Assembly: GCA_018238625.1 (NCBI GenBank)
Contig: JABCSY010000005.1
Span: 16,746 to 80,745 of the forward strand
Length of the DNA stretch: 64,000 nucleotides
DNA from: Promethearchaeota archaeon
GTDB taxonomy: Archaea > Asgardarchaeota > Lokiarchaeia > Sigyniarchaeales > SOKP01
Direction of reading: 5' to 3'
Shown: positions 49,743 through 59,249 of the stretch, one piece after another
How the letters are laid out: each line of letters begins with the position of its first letter
How positions within the stretch are numbered: the stretch's first letter is position 1
Translations under genes and position numbers: made by a program
The notes under the pieces: model-generated
What the model saw: only the letters and a program-made list of their open reading frames with translations
What the model was told of the DNA's origin: nothing
Databases searched by the model: none

Positions 49743-51113
49743 TTATGCGTTTATTTCAGTTATTTCTTTTTCAATTTCATTATATTTTTCTCTATTAAGA
49801 GGGATCTTTCTAATCAAAACCATGCTAATTCCAATAAAAACTAACGCAATCAAGGAAATCCCGATTTTATTAAAAAAATAGTATTCTTGAAATCCATAGG
49901 GTCCGGAAATGGTGATGAAAAGCATCGAGAAAACGGTAGCAAATTGGCCCAAAAAGATCCCAATAAAACCCGAAATTAAATTAAACATATAATTAAAACC
50001 AAAGTGGGTTGCTTCACACCTTTTGCCAGTATTTAAAAAATAATGGTCGATAATAATAGCTAGAAATAACAATTTAACAAAACTTAACCCAGATAAGCTT
50101 AAATTAATTAAAAACGTAAGAATATATGCAGAAACAAGATCAGACAAAAATAGTAGAGCAAGGGTAAATATTAGAAGAGCTAACAGCAGGATTCTGAGGA
50201 GTTTCTTAATTCCAATTGATAGAGATAATTTTCTCCAGTAAAGAAGAAAAGCAATGATAGCTACGCTGGGGATGATATTCATAAAGAATGTATTAATCTC
50301 AATTAAAGAAGGAGTTATATTTTCTAAATTAAATCCCCAAATATATGTTAATCCGACTTCAATTAACGCTTCTGATATTGTAATAAAGAAAAATGCTAAC
50401 AGAAAACAACTGAATAATTTATTATTTGATGATAAGATCTTGTAAGAAACTTGTTCTTTAGATTTTGGTTTCTCTGACAATCGTAAGTATGGTTCATCGA
50501 ATCCATATTTAAATAATATTATCCCCCCAAGAACAATGAGCAAGACAAATATAATACCAAAATACAATTCTTCAAGATTAAAAAATGCTTCAAGGATAAC
50601 TATGATTAACGATCCTAAAGCCGAAAATCCTAACAGTAAACCAATAACCTTAGATCTTGAATTAAGATCCTGAAACATTTCTGGAAAAAGGCTTATGAAA
50701 CCAATATTAAAGATAATGGAACTAAAAATGTAAATACTCTGCATAATACCGAAATATAAAATGTTTAGAAAAATATCAGTAGAACCAAATCTTAAGGGAG
50801 AAAAGTAATATAGAAACGTCATCAAGGACATGCCAACTATACCAACTATCAAGTAAGGCGATCTTCTGGAACCTTGTTTTTTTTTATCGGAAATAGATCC
50901 CAATAAAGGAGTTAGCAACGCTAAAATAAACGAAAACCCTGAAAAAAATGCTGTATACATAATAAGGTCGAAAGAACTTGCTCCAATAAGAAACAAATTA
51001 GTGGTAACAGACTTATAAAGAGTTATGGCCCCGAAGGTGATTAAGAAAGAACTTATAGAATATCCTAAAGAGAATTTATTAAATGAAATTTTAGAAAACA
51101 TGATATTTACCAT
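49743..51113 (-). CDS. MFS transporter (GPH/MFS_2-like)
   Basis: PLLGSISD..RRSPY, SLFPEMF, IDHY..TGKRCEA. Confidence 0.82.
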   Translation of the reverse strand: MVNIMFSKISFNKFSLGYSISSFLITFGAITLYKSVTTNLFLIGASSFDLIMYTAFFSGFSFILALLTPLLGSISDKKKQGSRRSPYLIVGIVGMSLMTFLYYFSPLRFGSTDIFLNILYFGIMQSIYIFSSIIFNIGFISLFPEMFQDLNSRSKVIGLLLGFSALGSLIIVILEAFFNLEELYFGIIFVLLIVLGGIILFKYGFDEPYLRLSEKPKSKEQVSYKILSSNNKLFSCFLLAFFFITISEALIEVGLTYIWGFNLENITPSLIEINTFFMNIIPSVAIIAFLLYWRKLSLSIGIKKLLRILLLALLIFTLALLFLSDLVSAYILTFLINLSLSGLSFVKLLFLAIIIDHYFLNTGKRCEATHFGFNYMFNLISGFIGIFLGQFATVFSMLFITISGPYGFQEYYFFNKIGISLIALVFIGISMVLIRKIPLNREKYNEIEKEITEINA

Positions 51114-51225
51114 TTGATTTTAATAATATACTCAATTAAGCATATATTTTATATTGATAGAATTGACTATTTAAATGTTATTGAGCGTGGTTTGTTAAAA
51201 AGAGAAATGAATGAAATTACGCAAT

Positions 51226-51486
51226 TCAATCTAATACTCTTACGAATTCGTAATCAACGGTAATTGTACTTTTTGTTTCAATTATTTCTCCAAGTATCAA
51301 CACTTTTTTATCAATAAACTTATGCAATACAGGATCGTTCTCCCATAAGTGGGTTTTTTTCCTCACGAGAATTTCCGACCATCTATTTGCATAATCGTCC
51401 AGCGGTTTGATAAAATAATTAAGCCCTTCAGATAAGGTGCCGACCTGTGCAGTTTTAGAATAAAGAATTCCCGTAATTTCATCCAT
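51226..51486 (-). CDS. small hypothetical protein
   Basis: 86-aa ORF with upstream AGGTG. Confidence 0.6.
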   Translation of the reverse strand: MDEITGILYSKTAQVGTLSEGLNYFIKPLDDYANRWSEILVRKKTHLWENDPVLHKFIDKKVLILGEIIETKSTITVDYEFVRVLD

Positions 51487-51878
51487 CTAATCAAAACACC
51501 TATGTGAGAAATTTAGCAATTACAATGAAAATAAATTGGTGCTTAATAAATTTTTACCCTTCATAGAGTTCAATTAATCCCGATAAATTTTGAGCTATTA
51601 GATAGATAAATTTTTGTTAAATTTTTGTTTAAATATCCTCACTTTATAAGAATAAAAAGCGTTAAGATAAACTAAAATAACAGGAAAAAGTGGTGATAAG
51701 AAATATATTCTTCTGAAGTTGTACAAAAAGTAAAAATTAAAGGTAATAGAAGTTTTGCTATCGATTTAGGACCAAATAACAATAATCGTTCGATAGACGA
51801 TTATTTAACGGCTGGTTGTCTTTCTCCCGATAATTTTGATTCCATGGTTCAAAAGTACGCAAAAAAGAGGTAGTTAGC

Positions 51879-52103
51879 GTGAAAAAATTGCGAAACATCG
51901 AGTGGCAGAATTATCGGCACCCCGAGTTCCTTCAATCGCTCAGTATTAGCGTAAACGAGCTGAAGTATGTAAAACTGTTCCTAAAAGGCGGTGCCGCTTC
52001 TTTGGTTAACGAAATCTTGCGGGAGCGAAAAACCAAGCAGTTCAACTATCACCGAAACAACGATTTAAAAAATTATAGCAAACCCGAAAAAATCAAAGCT
52101 TAA
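51879..52103 (+). CDS. small hypothetical protein
   Basis: 74-aa GTG-start ORF with GAGGT upstream. Confidence 0.45.
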   Translation: MKKLRNIEWQNYRHPEFLQSLSISVNELKYVKLFLKGGAASLVNEILRERKTKQFNYHRNNDLKNYSKPEKIKA

Positions 52104-52471
52104 CTAACAATTTTTTTATCATTATTCTTTTAAACTTTAAGTTCAAAAGTAAACAGAAATCAAAATTTTCCACACTTTTAACTCTTTATATTATTCCAAA
52201 GCTAAATCTGAAAATTAACCATCTCAAAGAAATCGGAGAAATTGAAGTAAATTAGACTGTAAATAAAGGAAAAAACAATAGACGGATATATTTTGTGTTA
52301 ATGGAGAAGATTAACTTTTTAACAAATTAACTTTTTGACAAAAATGTTAAATACTATGTTATCTCTTTTTTAATTTGATCATTTTCGATCAACGATTTAG
52401 GATGAGCGCGATTCACTAATCTAACTATCTTTGATATTAAAAAATGATTAACCGTTTGTAAAAGTTTGTAG

Positions 52472-53116
52472 GTGAAAATAATAATGAAAATGAAATTGAA
52501 AGTGACCACAGCAATATTAATGTCATTATTTCTGGTAGGCATCATAGCAGTTTCGACACACGCAAAACCCGCCGAACCTAGTCGCATGTTAATGGTTGAT
52601 ATCATAGCGAAAGGGGATGACATGGATATTCCTGGATATGACGAAGGCATTTATAGAGCTACTACTTTAATCGTAGCAAAGATTGAATTCGATAAAGTCA
52701 CTGGTGTACCTCTGGGACGAGTAGAATTCCATATAAAAATCTATGATGAATCAGGTAAGAAAGTCTATATGATTAAGGGGAAACTCAAAGATGGGATGGT
52801 TATCCCGGAACAGCAATTTGTGTGCGATGTGCGGGGGGTCACGTGGACTAACCTTTGGCTTGTTATGGGCTTAGGAATGATTAAAACTACAGATATAGAT
52901 TTGGAGATAGTACATCGAGGTCAATTAATAACATTGCCCAATACAGGAGGTAAATATGTCCCGGCATACATTGTTATGATGGTGAGCCCTAATGGTGAGA
53001 ATCTTGAAGGAGAAATTTGGGACGGATGGGCTTTTGCTGGAGTTATGGAGAATATGATTCCGATTTTCGGTGGGGTAACCTATTTGACAAAATATATGGA
53101 AAAGTGGGTTCCATAA
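52472..53116 (+). CDS. secreted beta-rich hypothetical protein
   Basis: signal peptide ending STHA-KP; followed by hairpin plus T-tract at 53138-53168. Confidence 0.75.
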   Translation: MKIIMKMKLKVTTAILMSLFLVGIIAVSTHAKPAEPSRMLMVDIIAKGDDMDIPGYDEGIYRATTLIVAKIEFDKVTGVPLGRVEFHIKIYDESGKKVYMIKGKLKDGMVIPEQQFVCDVRGVTWTNLWLVMGLGMIKTTDIDLEIVHRGQLITLPNTGGKYVPAYIVMMVSPNGENLEGEIWDGWAFAGVMENMIPIFGGVTYLTKYMEKWVP

Positions 53117-53208
53117 AAAAATTAAATTTAATAGTTAAGGGGTAGATCCTAACACCTCTTTTTTTTTTAATATAAAAAAAATAAATTTTTAAAATTTAAC
53201 ACTCGCTT

Positions 53209-54411
53209 TTAATTCTTTTTTAGCAATCGCTTCTGAACCACGTAATGAGTCCTCACGGAAACACCGTGTGGAAAGATGGTCTTTATCGCTCGGTCGTTGT
53301 TGGCCCAAATATTAGTCCCTTCGTAGTAATCGAATCCGTGGGTACTTGCTGACAAAAACACTCCAATGTTGTGGAGCGCTGAAAATATGCCTTTTCTCGC
53401 GTATTCCTTTTTTATCATGGCCGTGTCTACGTTTAAGTGAGTCAGTGGCTCTCTGTTCCATAGCTGAAACAAGTTTGGTTGGCACATTATAACGCCTACC
53501 AGCTCGTTAGTGTTCCGGTCGAAAGCGTATACGCCCATAGGAACGATTTTTTCGAAGTCGCAAGAATCCCAAGTTTCTCTAAATCCGGGAACATCGGCGT
53601 TCTCTTGAGGGAATTCTTCGTTGACTATCTTAAGCACTTTACACGCTTGAGCGTACCCGTTCATCATCTCTTCAAATCTAGATTCACCGCCTGGCGCGTC
53701 GGCAAGTACGGCGTACAGGGATTGAGAGGCTAAGCCCATTATTTGCTCCTTTAAATTCCTTATTTCGTCGAGGGGTAAAAACTTGATAACTATGTTTTCG
53801 TCTAATTCTTTGCCTTTGTCCCACTTTTTTAAGAAAGTGTCGAGACACGAGTACTTCGAGTCTTTTCTGTAGCCTAATTGTTCCAAGTAGTCTAGAACTT
53901 TTGATTCGGGGTCGCTGAACGCTACGCCGCTCATCATGGGAGCTTCGAACCCTTCGGTTTGAAAACCGATCCCGCCTATATATTTCGGGTAATTGATTGG
54001 GCCACGGAGTTTTTTCTTCTTGTTTTCGCGAACGAATTTTTCGCACTCGCTCATTAACGCTTCACAAGTCTCTAAACTCTGAGCACTAAGCCAACCAAAC
54101 GTAGGGCACGCCATTCCGTAACTTTTATAATCGCCGTCAATTTGACAGATTACGAATCCCGTTAAGATTCCCTTTTGAGAAGCGTAAAAAAATCTAATTT
54201 GATAATCTTGTTTTGAAAATCTCTCTGTAAAATAATCTATAAGTTCTAAAACAATTACGAGTTTTAGCCTTTCGTCAGGAACATATAAAAGTTCCGTCAA
54301 AACAAATTGAATCTCTGAAATATTTCGCGTTGATGAGATAATTAGTTCTTTTTTTCTAAAAATTTCGTGTTGATGCGATAATAAGCTCTTTTTTTCCAAG
54401 CTAATTTCCAT
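53209..54411 (-). CDS. double-GNAT-like acyltransferase (YghO-like)
   Basis: FGW..LRGPIN, LEQLGY.K, EYARKGI, IWANN. Confidence 0.65.
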   Translation of the reverse strand: MEISLEKKSLLSHQHEIFRKKELIISSTRNISEIQFVLTELLYVPDERLKLVIVLELIDYFTERFSKQDYQIRFFYASQKGILTGFVICQIDGDYKSYGMACPTFGWLSAQSLETCEALMSECEKFVRENKKKKLRGPINYPKYIGGIGFQTEGFEAPMMSGVAFSDPESKVLDYLEQLGYRKDSKYSCLDTFLKKWDKGKELDENIVIKFLPLDEIRNLKEQIMGLASQSLYAVLADAPGGESRFEEMMNGYAQACKVLKIVNEEFPQENADVPGFRETWDSCDFEKIVPMGVYAFDRNTNELVGVIMCQPNLFQLWNREPLTHLNVDTAMIKKEYARKGIFSALHNIGVFLSASTHGFDYYEGTNIWANNDRAIKTIFPHGVSVRTHYVVQKRLLKKN

Positions 54412-54547
54412 TTTACATCATTCTTTTAAATTTGATTTAAGGATAGTATCATCTTCACAAGAAACATATATAAAGAAAAATATAAAAAAAAATCGTGGAT
54501 TTATTTGGATGTTTAATAAGTCCACTAACTAATTTAAAAATTAAAAT

Positions 54548-55903
54548 TTATTCGATTTTTTTAGGTAATTTGATTTTTAAAGATATAGAGAATGCAATAA
54601 CTGAAGATATTACAGACAACACGCATATTAGCATCCATAGATCGTATCCTGGTATCCCTGGTAATAGAGTCTCTGGAGGATTTTCAACGAATTTTGCAAT
54701 ATAACTTTCAAAATTTAAGCTACCTACCACGTAAATATTATTTCTTGTATCTATTACGATTCCGTTACACGAATCTTCTTCCGTACCACCAAACACGTAA
54801 TCCCATTTCTTATTTCCTGAACTATCAAATTTTTCTAACTCCATATCATCATCTGTAGTTCTTTTAGCTAGATAAATATTGTTCGAAGAATCTAAAGAAA
54901 TCCCATTGATTAATTGTTGAGAAGAACTTCCAGTTGTAGATTGCCGTATACGAGACCATTGGAGCCCTCCATTTTTATCATACTTAAATAAGCTCGATTT
55001 ACTTATAAAACTAGTGCCATCAGAGACTATTCCTTCTCCTACAAGATAAATATTGTCTAATGAATCTATTGTAATACCTTTACAATATCTTACCCCAACT
55101 ATATTCCCCGAGCGATTCCATTGCCACACACCAAGATTATCAAATTTTACAAGGCACATATCAAAATCTATAGTACCCCCTAGATAAACGTTATCTGATG
55201 AATCCACAACGATCTCCATTGCTCCATCTTGTAAACCTCCCCCCCATGTACGATTCCATTCTAACCCTCCAGAAGAATTATATTTAAGTAAACACATAGC
55301 AGTTCCTTCTGCAATCCAACTCTCCGTATAACCTGCAAGAAAGATGTCGTCATTAGTGTCAATTGCTAGTCCATAACAAGTTTCAGATCCGCCTCCACCC
55401 CAAACATCATACCATTGAAACACTCCAGCATTATTATATTTTAATAAAAACAAATCTCTTTCTCCAGCATGAACATTTTCCGTATATCCCGCAACGTAAA
55501 TGTCATTAGTCGAACTAATAACAATTGCTTCACCAACATCTCTCAATAAACCACCCCTACCCCATGTGTGGGCCCATTGAAGCTGACCACTACTATTGTA
55601 TTTAAGCAAGGATACTTCATAAGAATCACCTACAGAATTAGTATAACCGGTAACGTAACTATTGTTTAAAGAATCAAGCTCTATTGCATTACCTATTGCA
55701 CCATTATAATCTAACCAAGTATGATTCCATAGAAGATTAACTGGATCAGAGGCATTTATAAGGAGCTTGTCGTTTACAATAATACTTTCATCATATTTAT
55801 TATAGTTCCTGCCGTAGAGTATTGAAAAAGCACTGATGGTTAAAATCGTAATAAAAATCAGTATCAATAATTGTTTTTTATCTTTCATTTTAATTTCGTC
55901 CAA
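54548..55903 (-). CDS. SBBP beta-propeller surface protein with IPGY (Loki-CTERM-like) anchor
   Basis: repeated I.IDS.NNIY.AG..LLKY...G..QW..TWGG; GIPGY-TM-basic tail. Confidence 0.85.
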   Translation of the reverse strand: MDEIKMKDKKQLLILIFITILTISAFSILYGRNYNKYDESIIVNDKLLINASDPVNLLWNHTWLDYNGAIGNAIELDSLNNSYVTGYTNSVGDSYEVSLLKYNSSGQLQWAHTWGRGGLLRDVGEAIVISSTNDIYVAGYTENVHAGERDLFLLKYNNAGVFQWYDVWGGGGSETCYGLAIDTNDDIFLAGYTESWIAEGTAMCLLKYNSSGGLEWNRTWGGGLQDGAMEIVVDSSDNVYLGGTIDFDMCLVKFDNLGVWQWNRSGNIVGVRYCKGITIDSLDNIYLVGEGIVSDGTSFISKSSLFKYDKNGGLQWSRIRQSTTGSSSQQLINGISLDSSNNIYLAKRTTDDDMELEKFDSSGNKKWDYVFGGTEEDSCNGIVIDTRNNIYVVGSLNFESYIAKFVENPPETLLPGIPGYDLWMLICVLSVISSVIAFSISLKIKLPKKIE

Positions 55904-56038
55904 TTTTATTATTTATTTTATAGTAAATAATTAACGATTAGACTTTTTCATTAATAAAGCCATTAGGACAAAATTTTTCCAAAATTAAAATAAGATTACA
56001 TAGTTTAGATTATAAAAATTTAATATTTAGTTTTTTCT

Positions 56039-57277
56039 TTAAATTGGTTTTATCTGTACGCTTAGCATGTCTACTAGCTCCTGTCCTTTAGGTAGAAGCT
56101 CGGCTTGCGGAACATCGCCCTCGTAGTAGTTAAACACCACGTAATCTTCGAACTTGTTTTCGGTTTTATTGTAGCTCCAACAGGGCACGTATCCTCTCGC
56201 CCTAAACCCAAACTCGTAAAACAATTGCTGATGTTCCGGACTGAAAGCCGAGACGAACGCTTCGCTGTAGCGAATGGTGTTTTCATTCATTCTCTTAAGA
56301 AACTCCTCCAAAAACACGTACAATTCCTCAAGAGAATCGACGTGGTATTTGGTTTTCTCGAAGTTTTGAATTTGAGAAGTGTGTAAAAAAGTAAAGTAAG
56401 ATTTTGTACCCCTAATAAAAAATTGGTGGTACCCGTACCCGTATTTGTCTGTAATTAAATCCTTTCTAAAAGCTTTTTGAAGCTCGTGTATCTTGTCGTA
56501 GTCCAAGTTGAGGTCGGGAGAAGTCAACTGAAAAGCCCCGAGATCGTAAATGTTGTCGCAATGCAAAAAACTATCCAAAGCGTTTTTGATTAATACCGGC
56601 GTCTTTCGATCTCTGTATTTTGTAAGTGTTTTCTCGCGATAAATAACACCCATCACGTCAGATTCTACTTGATCGTAAAAAACATCTTTGTTGGGAAAGA
56701 ACGCTACAGTGTTAATTCCGCAGACCGATGTAATGTATTGAGAAGCTCCGTGAGCGGTCCTATTTTCGCAATACCACATCAAAATCTTTTTTTTAAAAGT
56801 TTTCCACATCCAAGCGTACGAACCTATTATGGATTTAGTTACGTCTAAGACTTGTTGGTATTTCTTTTTAACCATAAACCCGCCAGAATATCCTTTTTTG
56901 TGCTCGAAATCTAACGCGCATCGAAAACAACCGGCGACATCTCCATTTATTTCGAACAAAATAAAGTGGTTGTTAGAGCTCTCGATCATCTTCTTAACCA
57001 TGCGCTCGTCCTCGATCTCTTTGTAGGGATAAGTACCATCGTAGCACTCCTTACATATACTTGCGATATCTTTAGCGTCTTTAGGTTTAGCGAGCACTAA
57101 AGTGGGACTTAATTTATCGCTTTCCAGTTTAGTGTCGATTAAAAAGTCAAGTTCCATGCCGTTCTCTAAATCTAAGTCCAAGATGTCCTCGAATATCTCT
57201 AAAAATTCGTCGATTGAGTTTGGACAAAGTTTTGAATATTCAATAACGGGATATTGAATTATTTCTTGACTTATCAT
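56039..57277 (-). CDS. GNAT-fold protein
   Basis: AKPKDAKDI..CY..TYPY, FMVKKKYQ, ENRTAH, FYEFGF. Confidence 0.65.
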   Translation of the reverse strand: MISQEIIQYPVIEYSKLCPNSIDEFLEIFEDILDLDLENGMELDFLIDTKLESDKLSPTLVLAKPKDAKDIASICKECYDGTYPYKEIEDERMVKKMIESSNNHFILFEINGDVAGCFRCALDFEHKKGYSGGFMVKKKYQQVLDVTKSIIGSYAWMWKTFKKKILMWYCENRTAHGASQYITSVCGINTVAFFPNKDVFYDQVESDVMGVIYREKTLTKYRDRKTPVLIKNALDSFLHCDNIYDLGAFQLTSPDLNLDYDKIHELQKAFRKDLITDKYGYGYHQFFIRGTKSYFTFLHTSQIQNFEKTKYHVDSLEELYVFLEEFLKRMNENTIRYSEAFVSAFSPEHQQLFYEFGFRARGYVPCWSYNKTENKFEDYVVFNYYEGDVPQAELLPKGQELVDMLSVQIKPI

Positions 57278-57424
57278 TTTTTTTGCGTTGTAACTACTTT
57301 TAAATAATTACTCTTACCTTAAGCCCAAGCTATATAAATAAAAATTTGAAATGGGTTTCTTTTTTTTTAATTTTTTTTCTAAATATTCTTAGATTTTCTT
57401 TTAAATAGCTTCGATAGTTAAGCT

Positions 57425-58306
57425 ATGAAAACACACCAAAATGGTTTATTAAAAATGTTTGTCACTCAAAAATTAGACGCTTGGTCAAACTTTTATTGGG
57501 AGCGCATTTCTCGAAACATTGGCCCCATAACTTATCGAGAGCAGGAAGTTATTAGGACTTCAAGAGTTGCTGTTCTTGGAGTAGGTGGTTTAGGCGGACC
57601 TCTTGCCGAAAATCTCGTGAGAGCGGGCTGCCAAGACGTAGTGATTTGCGATATCGATGTTTTCGACGAATCCAACTTAAACAGGCAGATCTGCACTATC
57701 GAAGACATCGGTAAAAGAAAGATTGATGTTATGGAAACTTTCTTGCGAAAAATCGACCCTGAACTTGCTATAAAAAAGTTTTTCAAAATTACGAAAAACA
57801 ACATAGATAAAGTTCTCGAAGGAGTAAAAGTGGTAGCGCTAACTTTAGACGACCCTGCAACCTCTATTTTTATCGCAAGAGAGTGTCGGAAAAGAGGGAT
57901 TCCTATGGTGGAATCTTGGGGCGTTCCGTTTTTGTTTACTTGGTGGTTCACTCCTGACAGCGTCGACTACGAGAACTGCTACGGTTTAGACACATACCAT
58001 TACAGTTATTCCGAGCTTAAGAACAAGAAAAAAGAAATAAACCTCGCGACCTATCAAGCCTTCTTGCCAAAAGTTTTTCGAATGCCAGGAGTCAAAGAAA
58101 AATACGACCGCGAACCTGGGGCTTTCAAAGAAATGATGTCCGGAAACATCGGAGCTCGCTCCTTTGCCCCGTTTGTAAGAATTACTTCCGACTTTCTTTC
58201 GGTGGACATTATTTTTTCAGGCATACTTAAGGTAAAACCGATGAAATTAGCCCCAAACCTGAAAGGGTTCGATTACATCAACATGAAAGTTTTTGAAATT
58301 AATTAA
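57425..58306 (+). CDS. ThiF/MoeB/E1-like adenylyltransferase lacking the CxxC zinc site
   Basis: SRNIG..EQ, VLGVGGLGG, D.DVFDESNLNRQ, IGKRK, LTLDD. Confidence 0.9.
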   Translation: MKTHQNGLLKMFVTQKLDAWSNFYWERISRNIGPITYREQEVIRTSRVAVLGVGGLGGPLAENLVRAGCQDVVICDIDVFDESNLNRQICTIEDIGKRKIDVMETFLRKIDPELAIKKFFKITKNNIDKVLEGVKVVALTLDDPATSIFIARECRKRGIPMVESWGVPFLFTWWFTPDSVDYENCYGLDTYHYSYSELKNKKKEINLATYQAFLPKVFRMPGVKEKYDREPGAFKEMMSGNIGARSFAPFVRITSDFLSVDIIFSGILKVKPMKLAPNLKGFDYINMKVFEIN

Positions 58307-58349
58307 TTTTTTTTTCTTAAATATTTAATATCGTTCAAAAAACGACTTT

Positions 58350-59249
58350 CTAAGCGTTAAAAACTGTTTTAAACCTTTCCAATATTTTTTTGCAAAAAAT
58401 AGGACTACTTACGAGTCGTTTAGAAAAGAAATCTTTTAAACTTAAGTAAAAAACTTCTCTATTGTCCGCAACAAGCTTGGAATCTAAGCTGCTTATTATT
58501 AAATACACAAAGACTTTAACGAACGCCTCTTGAGCCTGCTGGAGGTTAGACGGAGATATGTCGTTCATGCTGTGTTGGAATATATTTCGAATTGTGATGT
58601 ATTTGACTAGTGATGTCTCAACCTCTTCGGGAAACCCGAGCCTCTCCATTTTATTGGCCATGATTATTTTTCCGTCCTTGATGTTATCACTAAGGTTTTC
58701 GCTTTCGCCAAATCTTTCGTTGTAAAGCTCTTCTAACTTAGGGTATAATTTAACGAAAAATTTATAGTCGTCGTATTCGCACATATCCAGCCATTCACTA
58801 ACCTTAATAGCTGAAAAAACGCGTTCTATTTCGATCTTTATTGCCTTTTCTGAATAAAAACTTTTAGTTCCAGCAAGAAGTTCTTTCTTTTTTTTTAGCG
58901 CGAGAACGCTAATCTTGTTAGCTACAACCTCCAACAACTCGTTTCTTTCCGCGATCAATTGACTTAATTGGTCGTTTTTTAAATCAGGTTGATTTGAATC
59001 GGTAGGTTCCCGATGAACTGGGGCTTGATTGTTGTCTCGGGCTCGATTGAGGCAATAGGTTAAAAAATTCGACATGTCTTTAACTATTCGACCTCGGTTT
59101 TGGAGTACGTTTTGTTTTAGTTGTTTAGGCGTAATCGTTCCCTTGCTAAAGTTTCTAATGGCGATTTTAAGCTCAGCTAATTCTTCCTCGTCAAAGACTA
59201 TTTTTTCTATTACTTGTTCGAATTCCTCAACTTTTTGCGTTGTTGTCAT
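58350..59249 (-). CDS. hypothetical helical protein; start overlaps the upstream stop (TAATG)
   Basis: 299-aa ORF; IRNIFQH resembles the HEPN R-x4-H motif. Confidence 0.6.
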   Translation of the reverse strand: MTTTQKVEEFEQVIEKIVFDEEELAELKIAIRNFSKGTITPKQLKQNVLQNRGRIVKDMSNFLTYCLNRARDNNQAPVHREPTDSNQPDLKNDQLSQLIAERNELLEVVANKISVLALKKKKELLAGTKSFYSEKAIKIEIERVFSAIKVSEWLDMCEYDDYKFFVKLYPKLEELYNERFGESENLSDNIKDGKIIMANKMERLGFPEEVETSLVKYITIRNIFQHSMNDISPSNLQQAQEAFVKVFVYLIISSLDSKLVADNREVFYLSLKDFFSKRLVSSPIFCKKILERFKTVFNA

